The notes under the pieces are model-generated. The model saw only the letters and a program-made list of their open reading frames with translations, was not told the DNA's origin and did not search any database. A program made the translations under genes and the position numbers. Shown here one piece after another: positions 48,307 to 60,433 of a stretch of 64,000 nucleotides of DNA. How positions within the stretch are numbered: position 1 is the stretch's first letter; each line of letters begins with the position of its first letter. Origin of the DNA: Elsinoe ampelina (Eukaryota); assembly GCA_010093995.1 (NCBI GenBank), contig ML992504.1:1-64000 (forward strand), in the 5' to 3' direction.

Positions 48307-51306
48307 TCAAAACGTCTCGTCATCACCACCGTAGCCCGGAATGCGTGTTCGTAGCCATGCCATGACCGATTCGGTGCCTTTGCTGAGCGTTTCGTGGTTG
48401 GGCACTCGGAAATAGTTGCTGCTCACATCCAGTTGCTTGAGACCCTCATACCAGAGCAGACCAATCTCGGCTGGTAGCACGCGCAGGCTGTTCCTTGGAA
48501 TCGCTACGTGTTGAAAGCCAGTCAGCGCCTCTAGCGATACAGCTTCGATCTTGTTGTCGGCAGCGTGCAGGTGAGTGAGGTGGTTGTACGTCAAACGTAG
48601 ATAGGGTAGCTCTCCTTGCAAGCGGTTGTTCGATACGTCCAGCGACTTGAGGTAGGGTGCATGGAGGAAGGAGATCAAGGGTTGGAAGGACGTGATCTTG
48701 TTACCGGACAATTGTAACTCCTGTAGCACGGGCAAGCTTAGTCGCTCCGCTAGATATTGCTCGCCGAGATCGCACATGGACAGGTCAAGGTAAGTCATGT
48801 TCTGAGCCAGTGACAGCTCGTAAGGGATCGCTGTCAATCTGTTTCGAGGCAGTGACAGGCTGCGGACGTCGTTCTGACCGAGCAATTGTCTGAGTCCGTC
48901 CGCGTCTTCGTCCACGAGTCCTTGAGCAGTGAGGTCGAGAGCACCGCTGGGAGTCACCTTGAACGGGGATGGACTTTCTTCCGGCGAGCGGACATCGATC
49001 GCTTCATCAACAAATGAGTCCGAGCTCCTGATACTGACCGTAGAAGACGGCTCCAAACGTGGGCGAAGAGCTCTTTTGATTGCTTCGGCGGACATGGTCA
49101 AGAACCTCTTCTCAACGAGGGGGTTGGCCGAGAGTACGAGGGACTCCAGACTGTCCATCAGAGCTATGCGCTCCTCGATACGTGTGATGTCGTTACTGGA
49201 GAAGTCGGCGTGTCTCAATCGGCGTAGTGAGCTGAACCCTTGAGGAAGCTGATTGAATTTGTTTCCTCCAGCGGCCAAAGTCACCAGTTCAGACCATCCC
49301 GACATGTCTGGCAGCGTTACCATACGATTATTCGAGATCTTCAAGATGCGGATGTTTGGCAATGCAACACTTTCCGAGAATGCAAGAGAAGCCAGGGAAT
49401 TGTTTGCAACATTGAGCTGCTCCATAGACTTGAGACCAGTAACACTAAAGGGGAAAAGAGCGCCAACGAGCGCATTGCTCGAGACATCCAACTCAACGAG
49501 AGGTAGACCCTCTAGGGCGTCCATTGGCACTCCTGTAAGCTGATTCGTCGAGACATTGAGGATCCGAAGGCGAGAAAGTTCGTGAATGGAATCCGGAATA
49601 TTCAAGATCTTGTTGTCGCTGACGTTCAAGACTTCGAGATCTGCCAGCATCTTCAAGTCCTGTGTCAGAAAACCGCTCAGATTATTGCTCGCGAGGTTGA
49701 GGTCCTTCAGTGTCGGAACTCTGGTCAAGACCTCAAGTGCAGTATTTCCTAGCTGGTTGCGCGAAAGATTGATGGTCGTCAATCGTTTCAAGAAGTGCAT
49801 GCCCGATGGAAGTGTCATCAATTGATTGCCTCTGAAGTCCATACGCTCCACACCGGCAAAGACAGACGCCTTCAGATTGTCACCGTGCACAGCCTCTTCG
49901 GGATCAACGTCCGGGAACAGCTCGGAGGTGAAACAAGAAATCGCATTATCAGCGGCATTGACAGTGATGAGATCGACGGTCTCATGCCAGGCAATGCCAG
50001 AGTCGGCTAGACTCTGTGAATCATACATCTGAATCACAAGCTCAGGCATTTCCTTTAGGTCAAGTGCTGAAATGTTGAGCTTGCCTTCTCGCCGGGCAGT
50101 GTCGATACGTTTTTTCATGATTGTGTCGCCGGTTTCTTTAAGTTTCTGGTTAAAAGGGTCCACATACAGGTCGTACTCGGAGTGGCTCTGTTGATCGAGT
50201 CGGACCTTGGCTGCTCTATGTGCGGCCTTGGCTCTTTCTATCGCCGACCGGAATGTCGAAGATGGTTGTTGAGGTTCATTATCGTCGACGTTCGTGTCTT
50301 GTGGCGACAAAGGCGGGGACACGTGTTGTGTCCTAGTCATCTTAGCACCGATACTGGCAGGGGCTGTCTTCTGCCTGTCATTGACAGTGAGTTTGGGTTT
50401 AGGTTGAGGGGTCGTCAGTTTGGTCCTCGTCGGCGGCGGGACGAGCTTGCGGACAGCAGGTGCTGGAGATGGACGAGGAATAGTGGCACTGATTGACCGG
50501 CGAGTGACAGTCGGTCTGCCTGAATCGATGCTGCCTCTTGTGACTGATGCCATACCTGGTGGTGGCTTCTTGGCTGGTGATGATGGACGAGTAAAGCCTT
50601 TCGATGCTGGCTGAGGGGTCATACCTGTTCGTCTTGGTGCGCTCATGGCAGACGATGGGCGTGCTGGGGCGGCACCGGGACTGTCGACATTGTAGATACC
50701 GGATCGTCTGCGGTCGGATGCTGGAGTTCCTGGTAGTTTGGCTAGACTCTCGATTGTTCGGTCTGACAGTGACGGTCTTGACGACTTTCGTGGCTGCGGC
50801 GTTGCGTGAGCTATAAACGGACTTGAGCCTGGTGATGGAGAGGACGACTGGTCACGAAAGCCTTGACGAGAGGACGAGCTGAGAGATGTCAAGGCTCCCA
50901 GACGGTCATTGGCATCCTCGGGCAGATGGCGGCCATAGGAAGGACCAATCTGGATGGACTTTGGTCTCGGACGAGCCCCTCGGATCGTGGCATTGGTCGA
51001 AGGTGGTGCTTTAAAGGCTGTCGTCTTGGTGGGTGATGCTGAACGGACTGCCTGTGAAGACGATGGCCTGGGGACCAGACCAGTCGGCGGCGGGATCCCG
51101 GATACTCGTCTTGCAGGAGGCTTTATTGCTGATGGGCCCGGCTTTGTGGGAGATGTGAGCCGTGGCAAAGACTTTTGTGGTACATGCACTGGTGGGGCAG
51201 CTGCATAGCTTGTGGTAGTACGAGATGGCTGTGGCGTGGGTAATTTGGACATGATTCTGGGTAGTGCCGACTTGCCAGGGCTGGCCGGGGCCCTTGCGTA
51301 GTCCAT
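48307..51306 (-). CDS. Leucine-rich repeat protein (LRRC40-like) with a long basic Pro/Ser-rich disordered N-terminus
   Basis: ATG at 51306 (MDYARAP). More than 15 LxxLxLxxN repeats in the C-terminal 600 aa. Intronless ORF. Confidence 0.85.
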   Translation of the reverse strand: MDYARAPASPGKSALPRIMSKLPTPQPSRTTTSYAAAPPVHVPQKSLPRLTSPTKPGPSAIKPPARRVSGIPPPTGLVPRPSSSQAVRSASPTKTTAFKAPPSTNATIRGARPRPKSIQIGPSYGRHLPEDANDRLGALTSLSSSSRQGFRDQSSSPSPGSSPFIAHATPQPRKSSRPSLSDRTIESLAKLPGTPASDRRRSGIYNVDSPGAAPARPSSAMSAPRRTGMTPQPASKGFTRPSSPAKKPPPGMASVTRGSIDSGRPTVTRRSISATIPRPSPAPAVRKLVPPPTRTKLTTPQPKPKLTVNDRQKTAPASIGAKMTRTQHVSPPLSPQDTNVDDNEPQQPSSTFRSAIERAKAAHRAAKVRLDQQSHSEYDLYVDPFNQKLKETGDTIMKKRIDTARREGKLNISALDLKEMPELVIQMYDSQSLADSGIAWHETVDLITVNAADNAISCFTSELFPDVDPEEAVHGDNLKASVFAGVERMDFRGNQLMTLPSGMHFLKRLTTINLSRNQLGNTALEVLTRVPTLKDLNLASNNLSGFLTQDLKMLADLEVLNVSDNKILNIPDSIHELSRLRILNVSTNQLTGVPMDALEGLPLVELDVSSNALVGALFPFSVTGLKSMEQLNVANNSLASLAFSESVALPNIRILKISNNRMVTLPDMSGWSELVTLAAGGNKFNQLPQGFSSLRRLRHADFSSNDITRIEERIALMDSLESLVLSANPLVEKRFLTMSAEAIKRALRPRLEPSSTVSIRSSDSFVDEAIDVRSPEESPSPFKVTPSGALDLTAQGLVDEDADGLRQLLGQNDVRSLSLPRNRLTAIPYELSLAQNMTYLDLSMCDLGEQYLAERLSLPVLQELQLSGNKITSFQPLISFLHAPYLKSLDVSNNRLQGELPYLRLTYNHLTHLHAADNKIEAVSLEALTGFQHVAIPRNSLRVLPAEIGLLWYEGLKQLDVSSNYFRVPNHETLSKGTESVMAWLRTRIPGYGGDDETF

Positions 51307-51840
51307 TGTGGTGTATGATGCTGCTATGGGAGGGTTGTAGAAGAGGACGCTTGATATATCAAGTCCAAAACCATCAAGGTGGGACCACGACAAACACGCG
51401 TCACCGCTGGAGATGAGCGTGCTTGTGTCGTGTTCAGAGAGACCCCGGTGGTTCCAAATTCCACGGACCGCGATCCGCGATGATTGATTTGATTGACATG
51501 CGTGATGTCTCCCATTGGAAAGGTCCGTGGGCCGTGAATTGAAATGAAAGGTCGATTGCCGTGACAACACCCTCAACCCGGCGCTATACCGCAAACGGAG
51601 AGCTAAGTGCTTGCATGCTGCACGACTCGTCCTTGACCAAAGTTCCCAGCCATCTGCTATACCATATCATCGCATCTCTACGGAACCATGGATTGGCTCA
51701 TGTCGCTCCCCGCCTTCTGAAAAGTCGTCGTCGTCGTCATCTTGTACTGTATGCGACCACTTCTCCGACCACTTCACCTTCACATACCCTTGCAACACCG
51801 TGTTTCAGGCCTTGCACCCACCAGACCCCTCGTCGCAGTC

Positions 51841-53283
51841 ATGGCCTCCACACAAGCCTCTCAAGACAGCTTGTTCCCTCAATCGCAATCATCCATGCCG
51901 ACCACACCCACCCCAACTCATGCGCAACTGCCAGAAGGCGGTCTGAAGCCTGCACAACAGGAGCAGCCTTCACTGACACCCCCACCATCATCACATTCGA
52001 AGCGAAACATTGCGCGCACGCCGACGCAGGGGTCAAGATTGCTTTCGTCCCCTCCACCTTCCACGGTCCGTCGCGCAAGAGACAAGTTCGAAGATTCGGG
52101 CTCGGATGTGAAGATCACTCAGGAACAAATCGACGCTATGCCATTGGAGGACCTACGGCGCAGTATGGCACAACTGGTTTCAAATCTTCGAGATGCAAAG
52201 ACCGCCGCGGCGCATTACAAGCTACAACACCAAATGGCACAGATGGAGAGCGGTGAGGCTGTCGAGAGGATGGCGGTCGAGATGGAGATGGCGAGGAGAG
52301 AAATCGAAGTGCTCCAGCAAGCAGAGACTCAACGACGGATGCAAGAAGACAAGGCTGCACAACCAATTCCGGACCCCAATTTTCGTCAGATCCATGTGGA
52401 TGTCTACACGGCCATGATGGACGATATCCGCGATTTGAAAATACAGAATAGCCAGATGGAACGGGAACTAGTCCATGGTCGCAAGGTGCTGGAGCATCAA
52501 GAGGGCGAGATTGCCTCACTCAACGACAAAGTTCTGCTCATGCGTGAACGCATTCGCGAGAGCCGGGAACAACTGCTGCGACAGCGACGACTAGGTATCG
52601 ACACAACACCTCGGACCAACAGGACCACCCCATACCAGACGCCAGTCCGAGAACGATTCGCCCATATCGAGCAAAGTCAAGGCTCACAACAGCATCAACA
52701 GCGACAACCAGGTTTTGCTGCACTACTTCAAGCAACAGACATCGTCAGCCAGGGCGGCCGCACTCCAGGCGCAGATCATCGCAAGGGCCACTCGCGAGGC
52801 ACACATTCCCTGTCCTCCCTTCCAGCTACGCCTCAACGCTCGTCTCAAACCTCTGGCGGTCAACCACTCTATACCCCGCAACCGCCACGTCAGATCCCGA
52901 TCCAAGTTCCCATGACGGCGCCTGTCCAGCGCAAACGACCAGCAAGGGACATCACGCCGCCCCGGCGCGTGCAGAAACGCGGCTACGAAAGCGACGGCAC
53001 CGTCTCCGCTGGTGACGACAGCGAAGCCGAGACGGAAGTGGCAGAGGGCGACGTGGGTGACAGTACAGCCAGTCAGATGGCCAGCGCCATGCTCAGGACA
53101 CCAAAGGCGAAGAGGGCAAAGTCTGCGCATAATCTCAAGGGGATGACGCAGACGAGGTTGTTCGGTCAAGTGACCAAGACGAGTGTGCCGAGGAGTGAGC
53201 AGGCAAAGGGAGGGAGGGAATATGATGTTGGTCTCGGGATTGCTGGGGTGAGGGACAGACAGTCGCAGGAGAGTCCGGCGTGA
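51841..53283 (+). CDS. Hypothetical coiled-coil protein with disordered termini
   Basis: Long uninterrupted ORF from MASTQAS. Heptad region AAHYKLQHQM..ERMAVEMEMARREIEVLQ..LMRERIRESRE. Divergent from the LRR gene. Confidence 0.75.
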   Translation: MASTQASQDSLFPQSQSSMPTTPTPTHAQLPEGGLKPAQQEQPSLTPPPSSHSKRNIARTPTQGSRLLSSPPPSTVRRARDKFEDSGSDVKITQEQIDAMPLEDLRRSMAQLVSNLRDAKTAAAHYKLQHQMAQMESGEAVERMAVEMEMARREIEVLQQAETQRRMQEDKAAQPIPDPNFRQIHVDVYTAMMDDIRDLKIQNSQMERELVHGRKVLEHQEGEIASLNDKVLLMRERIRESREQLLRQRRLGIDTTPRTNRTTPYQTPVRERFAHIEQSQGSQQHQQRQPGFAALLQATDIVSQGGRTPGADHRKGHSRGTHSLSSLPATPQRSSQTSGGQPLYTPQPPRQIPIQVPMTAPVQRKRPARDITPPRRVQKRGYESDGTVSAGDDSEAETEVAEGDVGDSTASQMASAMLRTPKAKRAKSAHNLKGMTQTRLFGQVTKTSVPRSEQAKGGREYDVGLGIAGVRDRQSQESPA

Positions 53284-53470
53284 TTGGCGCGCCATGTGCA
53301 TGTATGATATGGTTTGAATGTATAATGCGGTCCACAAAGCGGACAATGATTATTCTATATGTACTTTGAGAAGCCTTGATAAGTCTTCGCTCTTGCACGT
53401 CACGCATGCCTCTCCTCTCGCAACGCCTCGCATCCGATGACCATTTGTCCCACCTTTATGCTTTCATCAC

Positions 53471-54711
53471 TCACGCCTTGCCAGGCTTACGCGCCACCAT
53501 GAGGTACATGGGAGTGAACAGACCCTCCTTTGCACCAGCAACCAATGAGTCTGCAGCCAGAGCCAAGTTGTCCGCTGCCTTCTGAGTACCCTTTGGTGCA
53601 AGACCAATCATCTCCAGACCACCAACGAGCCTGTGTACCGCTGCACGACCGATCTTGGTCATGCGGACGACGGTGGGAAAGTCCCAAATGCTGCCCATGT
53701 GCTTGAGCTCACCAGCAATAGGCCAGTACCATGGGTACGGGTCTGGGCGCTCGGCAAGATCTTCATTGTGCTCGAGAATGAAGCCAGCGTCCTTGACGGC
53801 CTTTAATGCTGTGCTGATCTTGTCCATGTTCGAGATGCCGTCTCCTTGCTCAATACCAAGTCGGATCTCGCGGTGGTGAGGGTTGCTGTTGTCATACTTT
53901 TCGGTCATGAGCCATTCGTAGACACCAAAGACACCGCCTGGCTTGAGTACGCGGAAGATCTCGGAGTAGATGCCTTCTAACGAGGGTGCGTGGACAGTGG
54001 CTTCAATGGCATACACTGCGTCGAATGTGTTGTCTGCGAAAGCCATTTGCTTTGGAAAGTGTCAGTTTCGCCTCTCTCACAATCTCGAGCTACTTACCAT
54101 AAAGTCACCCTTGACAAAAGCCACCTTCTCTGAAAGACCCTCCTTTGCGGCATACTGCGTCGCCCTCTCAATCTGGTAGTCGTTGTTGTTCAGACCGACA
54201 ATGTTTGCGCCCGAGAACTTGCAGATCTCCCTGGCAGGTCCTCCAACACCACATCCGACGTCCAGTACATTCATGTTCTCTTTCAATCCCATCATGTGCG
54301 CCAGGTAGTGCTCATGTCGGGCTACGGCTTGCTTGAAGGCTTCTCCGTAGGCGAATCGGCAGAAATGAAAGGACTGTCCCCAGCCATACTCGTAGAGATC
54401 GGTGGACAGATTCTGTAGGGTATATCAGTGACTGATCTGGTATCTGTCCACGAAGAGAAACATACATAGTACTCCCGAGTCAACGAAGCGTACAGATTTC
54501 TCCGTGCCTCTCTTTGCTCTGGTGTCTCGTCCTTTGCTGCCTGTCCGTCCCAATGCTTGAAGTATTCCTGTCCGGAGAGAGCACCTGCCTCGGCATTCTT
54601 TGCGAACAATGCCCTCAGACCTCCAGCACCCTGGCCAGACTTGCCGTGCATGGCCTTGTGGAATTCGGCATCGCGAGATTTGTTTTCTGGTTCGAGAGCG
54701 GTGGGAGCCAT
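53471..54711 (-). CDS. ERG6: Sterol 24-C-methyltransferase; introns about 54414-54465 and 54050-54097
   Basis: [69 protein letters not shown] and [13 protein letters not shown]. Confidence 0.97.
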
Positions 54712-54856
54712 GATGTGTGAAGGTCGATGGGGTGTAGAGAATGCGGGGGGCAATAGCAATGTGCCTTGAGAGTTACGGCGAGATCTCAGGTTTATCAATT
54801 CGTAATTAATGGTCTGATTGTCCAATGGCTCGTCCTCAAATTTGGCCTCCCTGTCT

Positions 54857-54866
54857 CTCGTACGAT
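54857..54866 (-). promoter_or_regulatory. Possible sterol regulatory element (ATCGTACGAG) in the ERG6 promoter
   Basis: Near-palindrome, one mismatch from ATCGTACGAT, resembling fungal SREBP sites, about 150 bp upstream of the ERG6 ATG. Confidence 0.3.
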
Positions 54867-55005
54867 TTTCTCAACCAAACCACAAGCCACCTTCCCCGGA
54901 TTTTTTGACCGTTTCATTAAATTTTTGGTCGCGACGCGTCGTTGTGCAGACTTGCATAAAATCGCCAGATAAAGGCGGACAGCTACCAATAAATGTATCC
55001 ATTCG

Positions 55006-58000
55006 CTATAAAGTATCTGGACTCCCACCGCTCTCCTGACGCATCATCATGTTCTTCTCACTGGCCCATTTCTCCGCAAGCACACGATATTTGGCCCTCT
55101 TGGGTAGTGAAGTCCTTGCTCTCTCTAGCCCCGAGGTGAACAGCTCTAGACCTGCACTGCCCCCCTCCGCCATGACAAGGGCTCTGCCGCGCACTATATC
55201 AGCAGCAATGCGGAGCTCATGAGTCTCGACGTATGACTTGTCCGTGATCTCGCAAATGCGGTCCATCAATACCAGTGCGGCTTTAGGTCGAGTATTGTCG
55301 ATGTATGCCCTTGCACAAGCGCACTCAATCGCGAGTCGTTGGGGATGTTTGGGTGCGTAGAACTGCTGGACTTGAGCCAATGTCTTCTCGAACAGCCTCA
55401 GCGCCGTGGTTGGGACATCGCTTGCGGCATACGCTTTGGCCAATTCACATTGAGTGATAATGCAAGCCGCATTGTCTTCGCCAAACAGCTGCTGTTGGAC
55501 CTGCAAAACATGCTGCAGAAGCAAGATCGCCTTTCCCAGAGTCTCTGTCTGGATATATGCCTCGGCCAAGTCCACTTGACAACGAAGCATTAGGACATCA
55601 GTCTGCTGCCTGATCTTCTTCATCTGCCGTAGGGTGTCCTCGAGAAGGTTCTGTGCTCGTTCAGCCTGATCGTCGTGCAGCATCAGCTTCGCTCGCGAAA
55701 GTCTGATCTGGACCCCTACGTCCGTGGCTACGGACCCCACCATGGACATTGCTTTCAGAGTAACGAGGTCGAGCCTGAGGCGCTTGCGGTCAAGTAGAGC
55801 CAGATATGCTGGTCCCCGGCTCTCGACGTCAGTAGGTGGCTTCGACCTGGACCATATAGCCATTGCACCTTCAATCCTGCCAGATGCCGAGAGATTCCGT
55901 GCCAGGGGCTCATGTAATTCGTCAAAGTGAGATAGCATGCCCATCTCTTCGATGGTCTGCTGTAAGAACGTCACGACTTGTTCTGGTGTTCCAACAGCTT
56001 CTATACAGAGAGCGAGAGCAGCGTTGAGTCGACGCCGTGCGTCTCGGGTCATGGATGCTAAATCGCCAGTTGAACGGCAGTCCACCAAGGCCAGGACATG
56101 GCTGACCATGAGCTCGGCGTCGAGGAACCAGAATGCTTCCTTGACGTGAGCAAGTAATACTAAACTCACTGCAGCTCGCCAAGAGGCAGTCTTGTGGGTT
56201 TCACTTTGTCGATCTCTGGCCCAGGCGTGAGCCAGAGGATGCATGCTAATGTACTTGGTGTCTTCGCGATCCGTGATTGTTATAAGAGCGAGCATCTTCA
56301 AACGATGCAGTGCCTTGTGTAGTCGAACGCTGTTCCACTCGTTGTACAGAGCACTCTCTACGTTGACACCTCGAGTCGATACAGAATAGTCTTCGACCAG
56401 TTTTGAGAATCCGTACCGCAAATACTTGAAGCCTGGTTGACCATGTTTCTTGCATCTCAGCACAGGCGGTAAAGCATGGCCGAGCCATGAGTCAAGCATG
56501 TTTTGTGTCGGGACAACGTCTTGGACTTGCAGTCGGCAGCATCCTCGATATGCAGCCTCGAAAATGTCTGTAGGAAGAAGAGTGCAATTGAGCATTGCCA
56601 ATATGGCAAGTAGATCGAGGGCGTCGACTCTCTCAACATCATGATCTTTCTCTAGCAACTTTGCTGATGCTTCAAAGGACGCATACACGTTCTGGTATCA
56701 AGACTGTGCTTGTTCTGGGAAGAATTGCAGGAGATCTTGGCGGCTTTTATCGTAAATAGTAGGGTAGCTAGACAGAGAGCAGCTGCCTGACGCTATATAG
56801 CTGCCAGCTTGGATCAAGGCCAGAGGATGGTTGTATAGTAGCTCACAGAGCTTTGCAGCATCTTCCCGATCGTCATCTGTGGGGGACTTGATCTCAGCAG
56901 TCCTCAAAACCAGCTCCTGAGCTGCGTCAGTATCGAGACCGTCCATTATGATGTCGCCTTTTGTTGCGTGCATTCTACACTGGTAGTTCCGCGAGGTGAT
57001 GAGGATCGCACCACGACTGGCGGTAGGGGAATACCTGGCATAGTCGTGCCCTGGGTCATCAGCATTGTCGAGGACCATAAGCCAGGTGTAATCTAGATCA
57101 GATATGGTGTCCAGAGCGTCTTGCCAGACCGAGACATTTACGTTGAGGCGCTTGGCTACAGCCATGAAAGATGCTTCTGCAGACGCAGGAGTGCTCGCAT
57201 CAATCCAGAAGACTGCCCAGTAGCTGTCCTTCAGCTTGTTGGCAATCTGCAGACACAGCTCGCTTTTTCCTTGCCCGCCTTGGCCTGTGATGACAATGCG
57301 ACACTGAGAGTCTGAACCCGTGCCCACTCCAGTGAGCTTGTCCTCGATCTCCCGCAAGATATCTGTGCGGCCAACAAATGACTGGCTAGCAGCTTTCGGG
57401 ACGATCCAGTGGTGGTTCTCTCGCATAGGTCGAGGGGAAGTCCACAGGGTGGCAAACGTCTTTGCCCCGGCAGCGGCCACGGCAGCTGCGTAGTCTTGCC
57501 ACTGCTTGTTCTTGTGACTGTCTGCATAGTCACATACCGCTTTCACGACAAGACAAGGATAGCTCTCCCACACTCCTGCACCTTCCATCTCGAAGGCTAT
57601 GACCTTCTCGGCGGATGCGGTGGCATCTCGATGGGTGCCCGATTTGAGAACACTATTGCTGCAACCAATCCTACCTATATGGAGGCGCGGCTGTGTTGCG
57701 CTTTCCCCGTCTGCTTTTGCAGCTGAATGCGAGCGGACTATACGCTTACTGGCATCGCAATGCAGCTCCTCGCAAGAGGCCTTTGTTGCTTTGGGGCATA
57801 TACTGAGCTCTGACTTGGAACAATTGTCGCATGATATATCACGGTGTTTGTGAATGTAGCTGGAGTCGTAGAGATGATCTGCTATTTTGCCAGGGCACTG
57901 CCACACCGGCTTGTCAGCAGCAATGGTTGAGAGCGCATGACCTAGACCTTTCTGGAAGTTCGCTGTGTCTGCTGGAGTCTTGAGCTTTGCCAGAAGGCTG

Positions 58001-58455
58001 CTCAGGGGGATGCCCACTTTTGCTAGATTGTCCTCGTGGTTGTCTCTCCGCTCGTAATTGTCAGGATATTGACGTCCAAAGTCGCAGTGAACAAGCGCAC
58101 TGCTGATGATGAGGTCTCCAAGGAACACAGTGCCTGCTCCTGCTCCATCTGGAACGCCACCACAGATACCAACCACTAAAGCCAGCTGAATCGAGTCGAA
58201 GCTCAACCTGACATTTGCTGCAACCGTGGCCGAGGCGACATTGCCCATGGAGTACATATGAACGAGGACAGCATTGTGGCCACCGAGCACGCCCGTGGTG
58301 TACTCATTGGGATCATTGGGTGCCTTTTTGTAGTCTCGTCCGTGCTCGATCCATACTGGGTCAAGCACTGCCCGTACCGCGGCGGCCTCAAGTGGGAGTG
58401 CGCAGAAGATGGCGATGTCGAAGCTAGACCGGTCACGAGGCGGGTCCGGGACCAT
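55006..58455 (-). pseudogene. Fungal NLR-like gene (PNP_UDP_1 effector - NB-ARC - TPR) interrupted by one in-frame TGA at 56698-56700
   Basis: PNP motifs [32 protein letters not shown] and [16 protein letters not shown]. Walker A GQGGQGKS, Walker [17 protein letters not shown] and HPLALIQAG. The frame continues ...QAQS*YQNVYASFE into MHPLAHAWARDR and degenerate TPR-like repeats. Confidence 0.88.
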
Positions 58456-58579
58456 AGTACAGCTTGTTCACATGTTCACTATAGGTGTCGGAGATTTGTG
58501 TTTTAAGAGAAGGATATACTGTGATTCCGGAAAAGCACAGACGGTCAAATGTCCCTAGGCTCCGTGAGGGTAAGGCTGA

Positions 58580-58598
58580 GGGTGAGGGTGAGGGTGGG
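58580..58598 (+). promoter_or_regulatory. G-quadruplex-type motif GGGTGAGGGTGAGGGTGGG in the NLR/PDB1 divergent promoter
   Basis: Four GGG tracts with loops of 3, 3 and 1 nt within a TGAGGG repeat (58565-58598). Confidence 0.5.
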
Positions 58599-58737
58599 AT
58601 TTTCTTGGAAGCTCCCCAGCAGCCTCAGCGTTCGGACGAGCTTCCATTTGTTGGGCCCAGCTTCGTCGGTCTTTTTTCTGTAGCCCTCACCACAACCTCA
58701 CCTGTCACCATCTTTGTCGCTATCTGGTCGTAATCCA

Positions 58738-60024
58738 ATGGTGGCATCACGTCTCCTTCGACCGGCCTCGCGCCTGGCCACATCCATCCCGGCATCAAGA
58801 CCCGCGTTTCGCTCCTCGATACCAAAAGTTTCCAGTCCGGCCATATCGCGATGGAGAAATTATGCGACGCCGTCGGGGACCAAGGAGATGACTGTCCGAG
58901 AAGCATTGAATGAGGCAATGGCTGAGGAAATGGAGAAGAACGAAAAGGTCTTTGTGCTCGGTGAAGAGGTGGCTCAGTACAACGGAGCATACAAGGTCAC
59001 AAAAGGTCTATTGGATAGATTCGGCGAGAAGAGGGTCATTGACAGTCCCATCACCGAGTCTGGCTTCTGCGGTCTGACTGTGGGAGCTGCTCTGGCAGGC
59101 TTGCACCCCGTGGTATGCTTAGTCTGCGTGGAATCGTCATGGAAACACGTCTGACCCGAACACAGTGCGAGTTCATGACCTTCAACTTCGCCATGCAAGC
59201 TATCGACCAGATCATCAACTCTGCTGCAAAGACACACTACATGTCCGGTGGTATCCAGCCCTGCAATATCACATTCCGAGGTCCCAATGGCTTCGCCGCG
59301 GGTGTCGCAGCTCAGCACTCTCAAGATTACAGCGCGTGGTATGGTAGCATCCCAGGTCTCAAGGTGGTTGCTCCATGGAGCGCAGAGGATGCAAAGGGAC
59401 TTTTGAAGGCAGCCATTAGGGATCCGAACCCCGTGGTCGTGCTTGAGAACGAGTAAGCGACCAAGGTGCACATTCGAGGCGAACACGAGACTAACCACAG
59501 CAGACTCCTTTATGGCCTGTCATTCCCCATGTCTGCCGAAGCCCAGAGCGACGACTTTGTTCTACCCGTAAGTTGTCCTGACCTGCTGTCCTCTATGCAT
59601 GTCTGACAATTGCTAGTTCGGCAAGGCCAAGATTGAACGCCCTGGCAAGGACCTTACAATCGTCACCCTTTCCCGCTGCGTCGGCCAGTCCCTCGTGGCC
59701 GCCGAGCAGCTTAAGAAGAAGTACGGCGTCGACGCCGAAGTCATCAACCTCCGATCTGTCAAGCCGCTCGATGTCGAGACTATCGTCAAGTCAGTAAAGA
59801 AGACTGGTCATTTCCTCGCGGTCGAGTCCGGGTTCCCTAGCTTCGGCGTGGGAGCAGAGCTCGTTGCTCTCGTCGCAGAATACGCTTTTGACTACCTAGA
59901 TGCGCCTCCAGCCCGAGTCACCGGCGCTGAAGTGCCGACGCCATATGCACAGAAGTTGGAGGAGATGAGCTTCCCGACCGAGACGTTGATCGCAGACTAT
60001 GCTGCAAAGCTTTTGAGGGTATAA
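58738..60024 (+). CDS. PDB1: Pyruvate dehydrogenase E1 beta subunit, mitochondrial; three introns
   Basis: Arg/Ser-rich presequence; [57 protein letters not shown] and TPYAQKLE. Confidence 0.97.
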
Positions 60025-60433
60025 ATAAGGGACGGGGGGAGACGATTGTCTGTAGAGGCATCAGTGGAATAGATGAAGTCTTGCTACGGCATGGTGCGGA
60101 CTGTATTTTAGCGATCTCTTCCAAACGGATTCACTTCTGCCTCTTTCCTGTGCTGCGTGTATCTGTGATCACTATTCTAGCATCGCCTTCTCAGGATCAT
60201 AGGCTTTCGCATTCAACACATCTATATCCAAGATGGATCAGACATGAATCGATGAGGCATCGCCCGTACCCAAGGGAAAATCTGTGTTCGTCATACATTC
60301 ACAGCTGACCATCCCACGCGAGATCCATGCGAGGTTGTCCAGCTCCATCCATCGAGTTGCCCCAATTGGCCGACTCAATTCGCCGAAAGTACAGGTACCT
60401 CGCTACGCCGCGGCGTATCCCACCTTGCATGCA

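Noticed and set aside
51307..51594. 96-aa N-terminal extension of the LRR ORF
   Set aside because: Non-ATG start. The first ATG in good context is at 51306.
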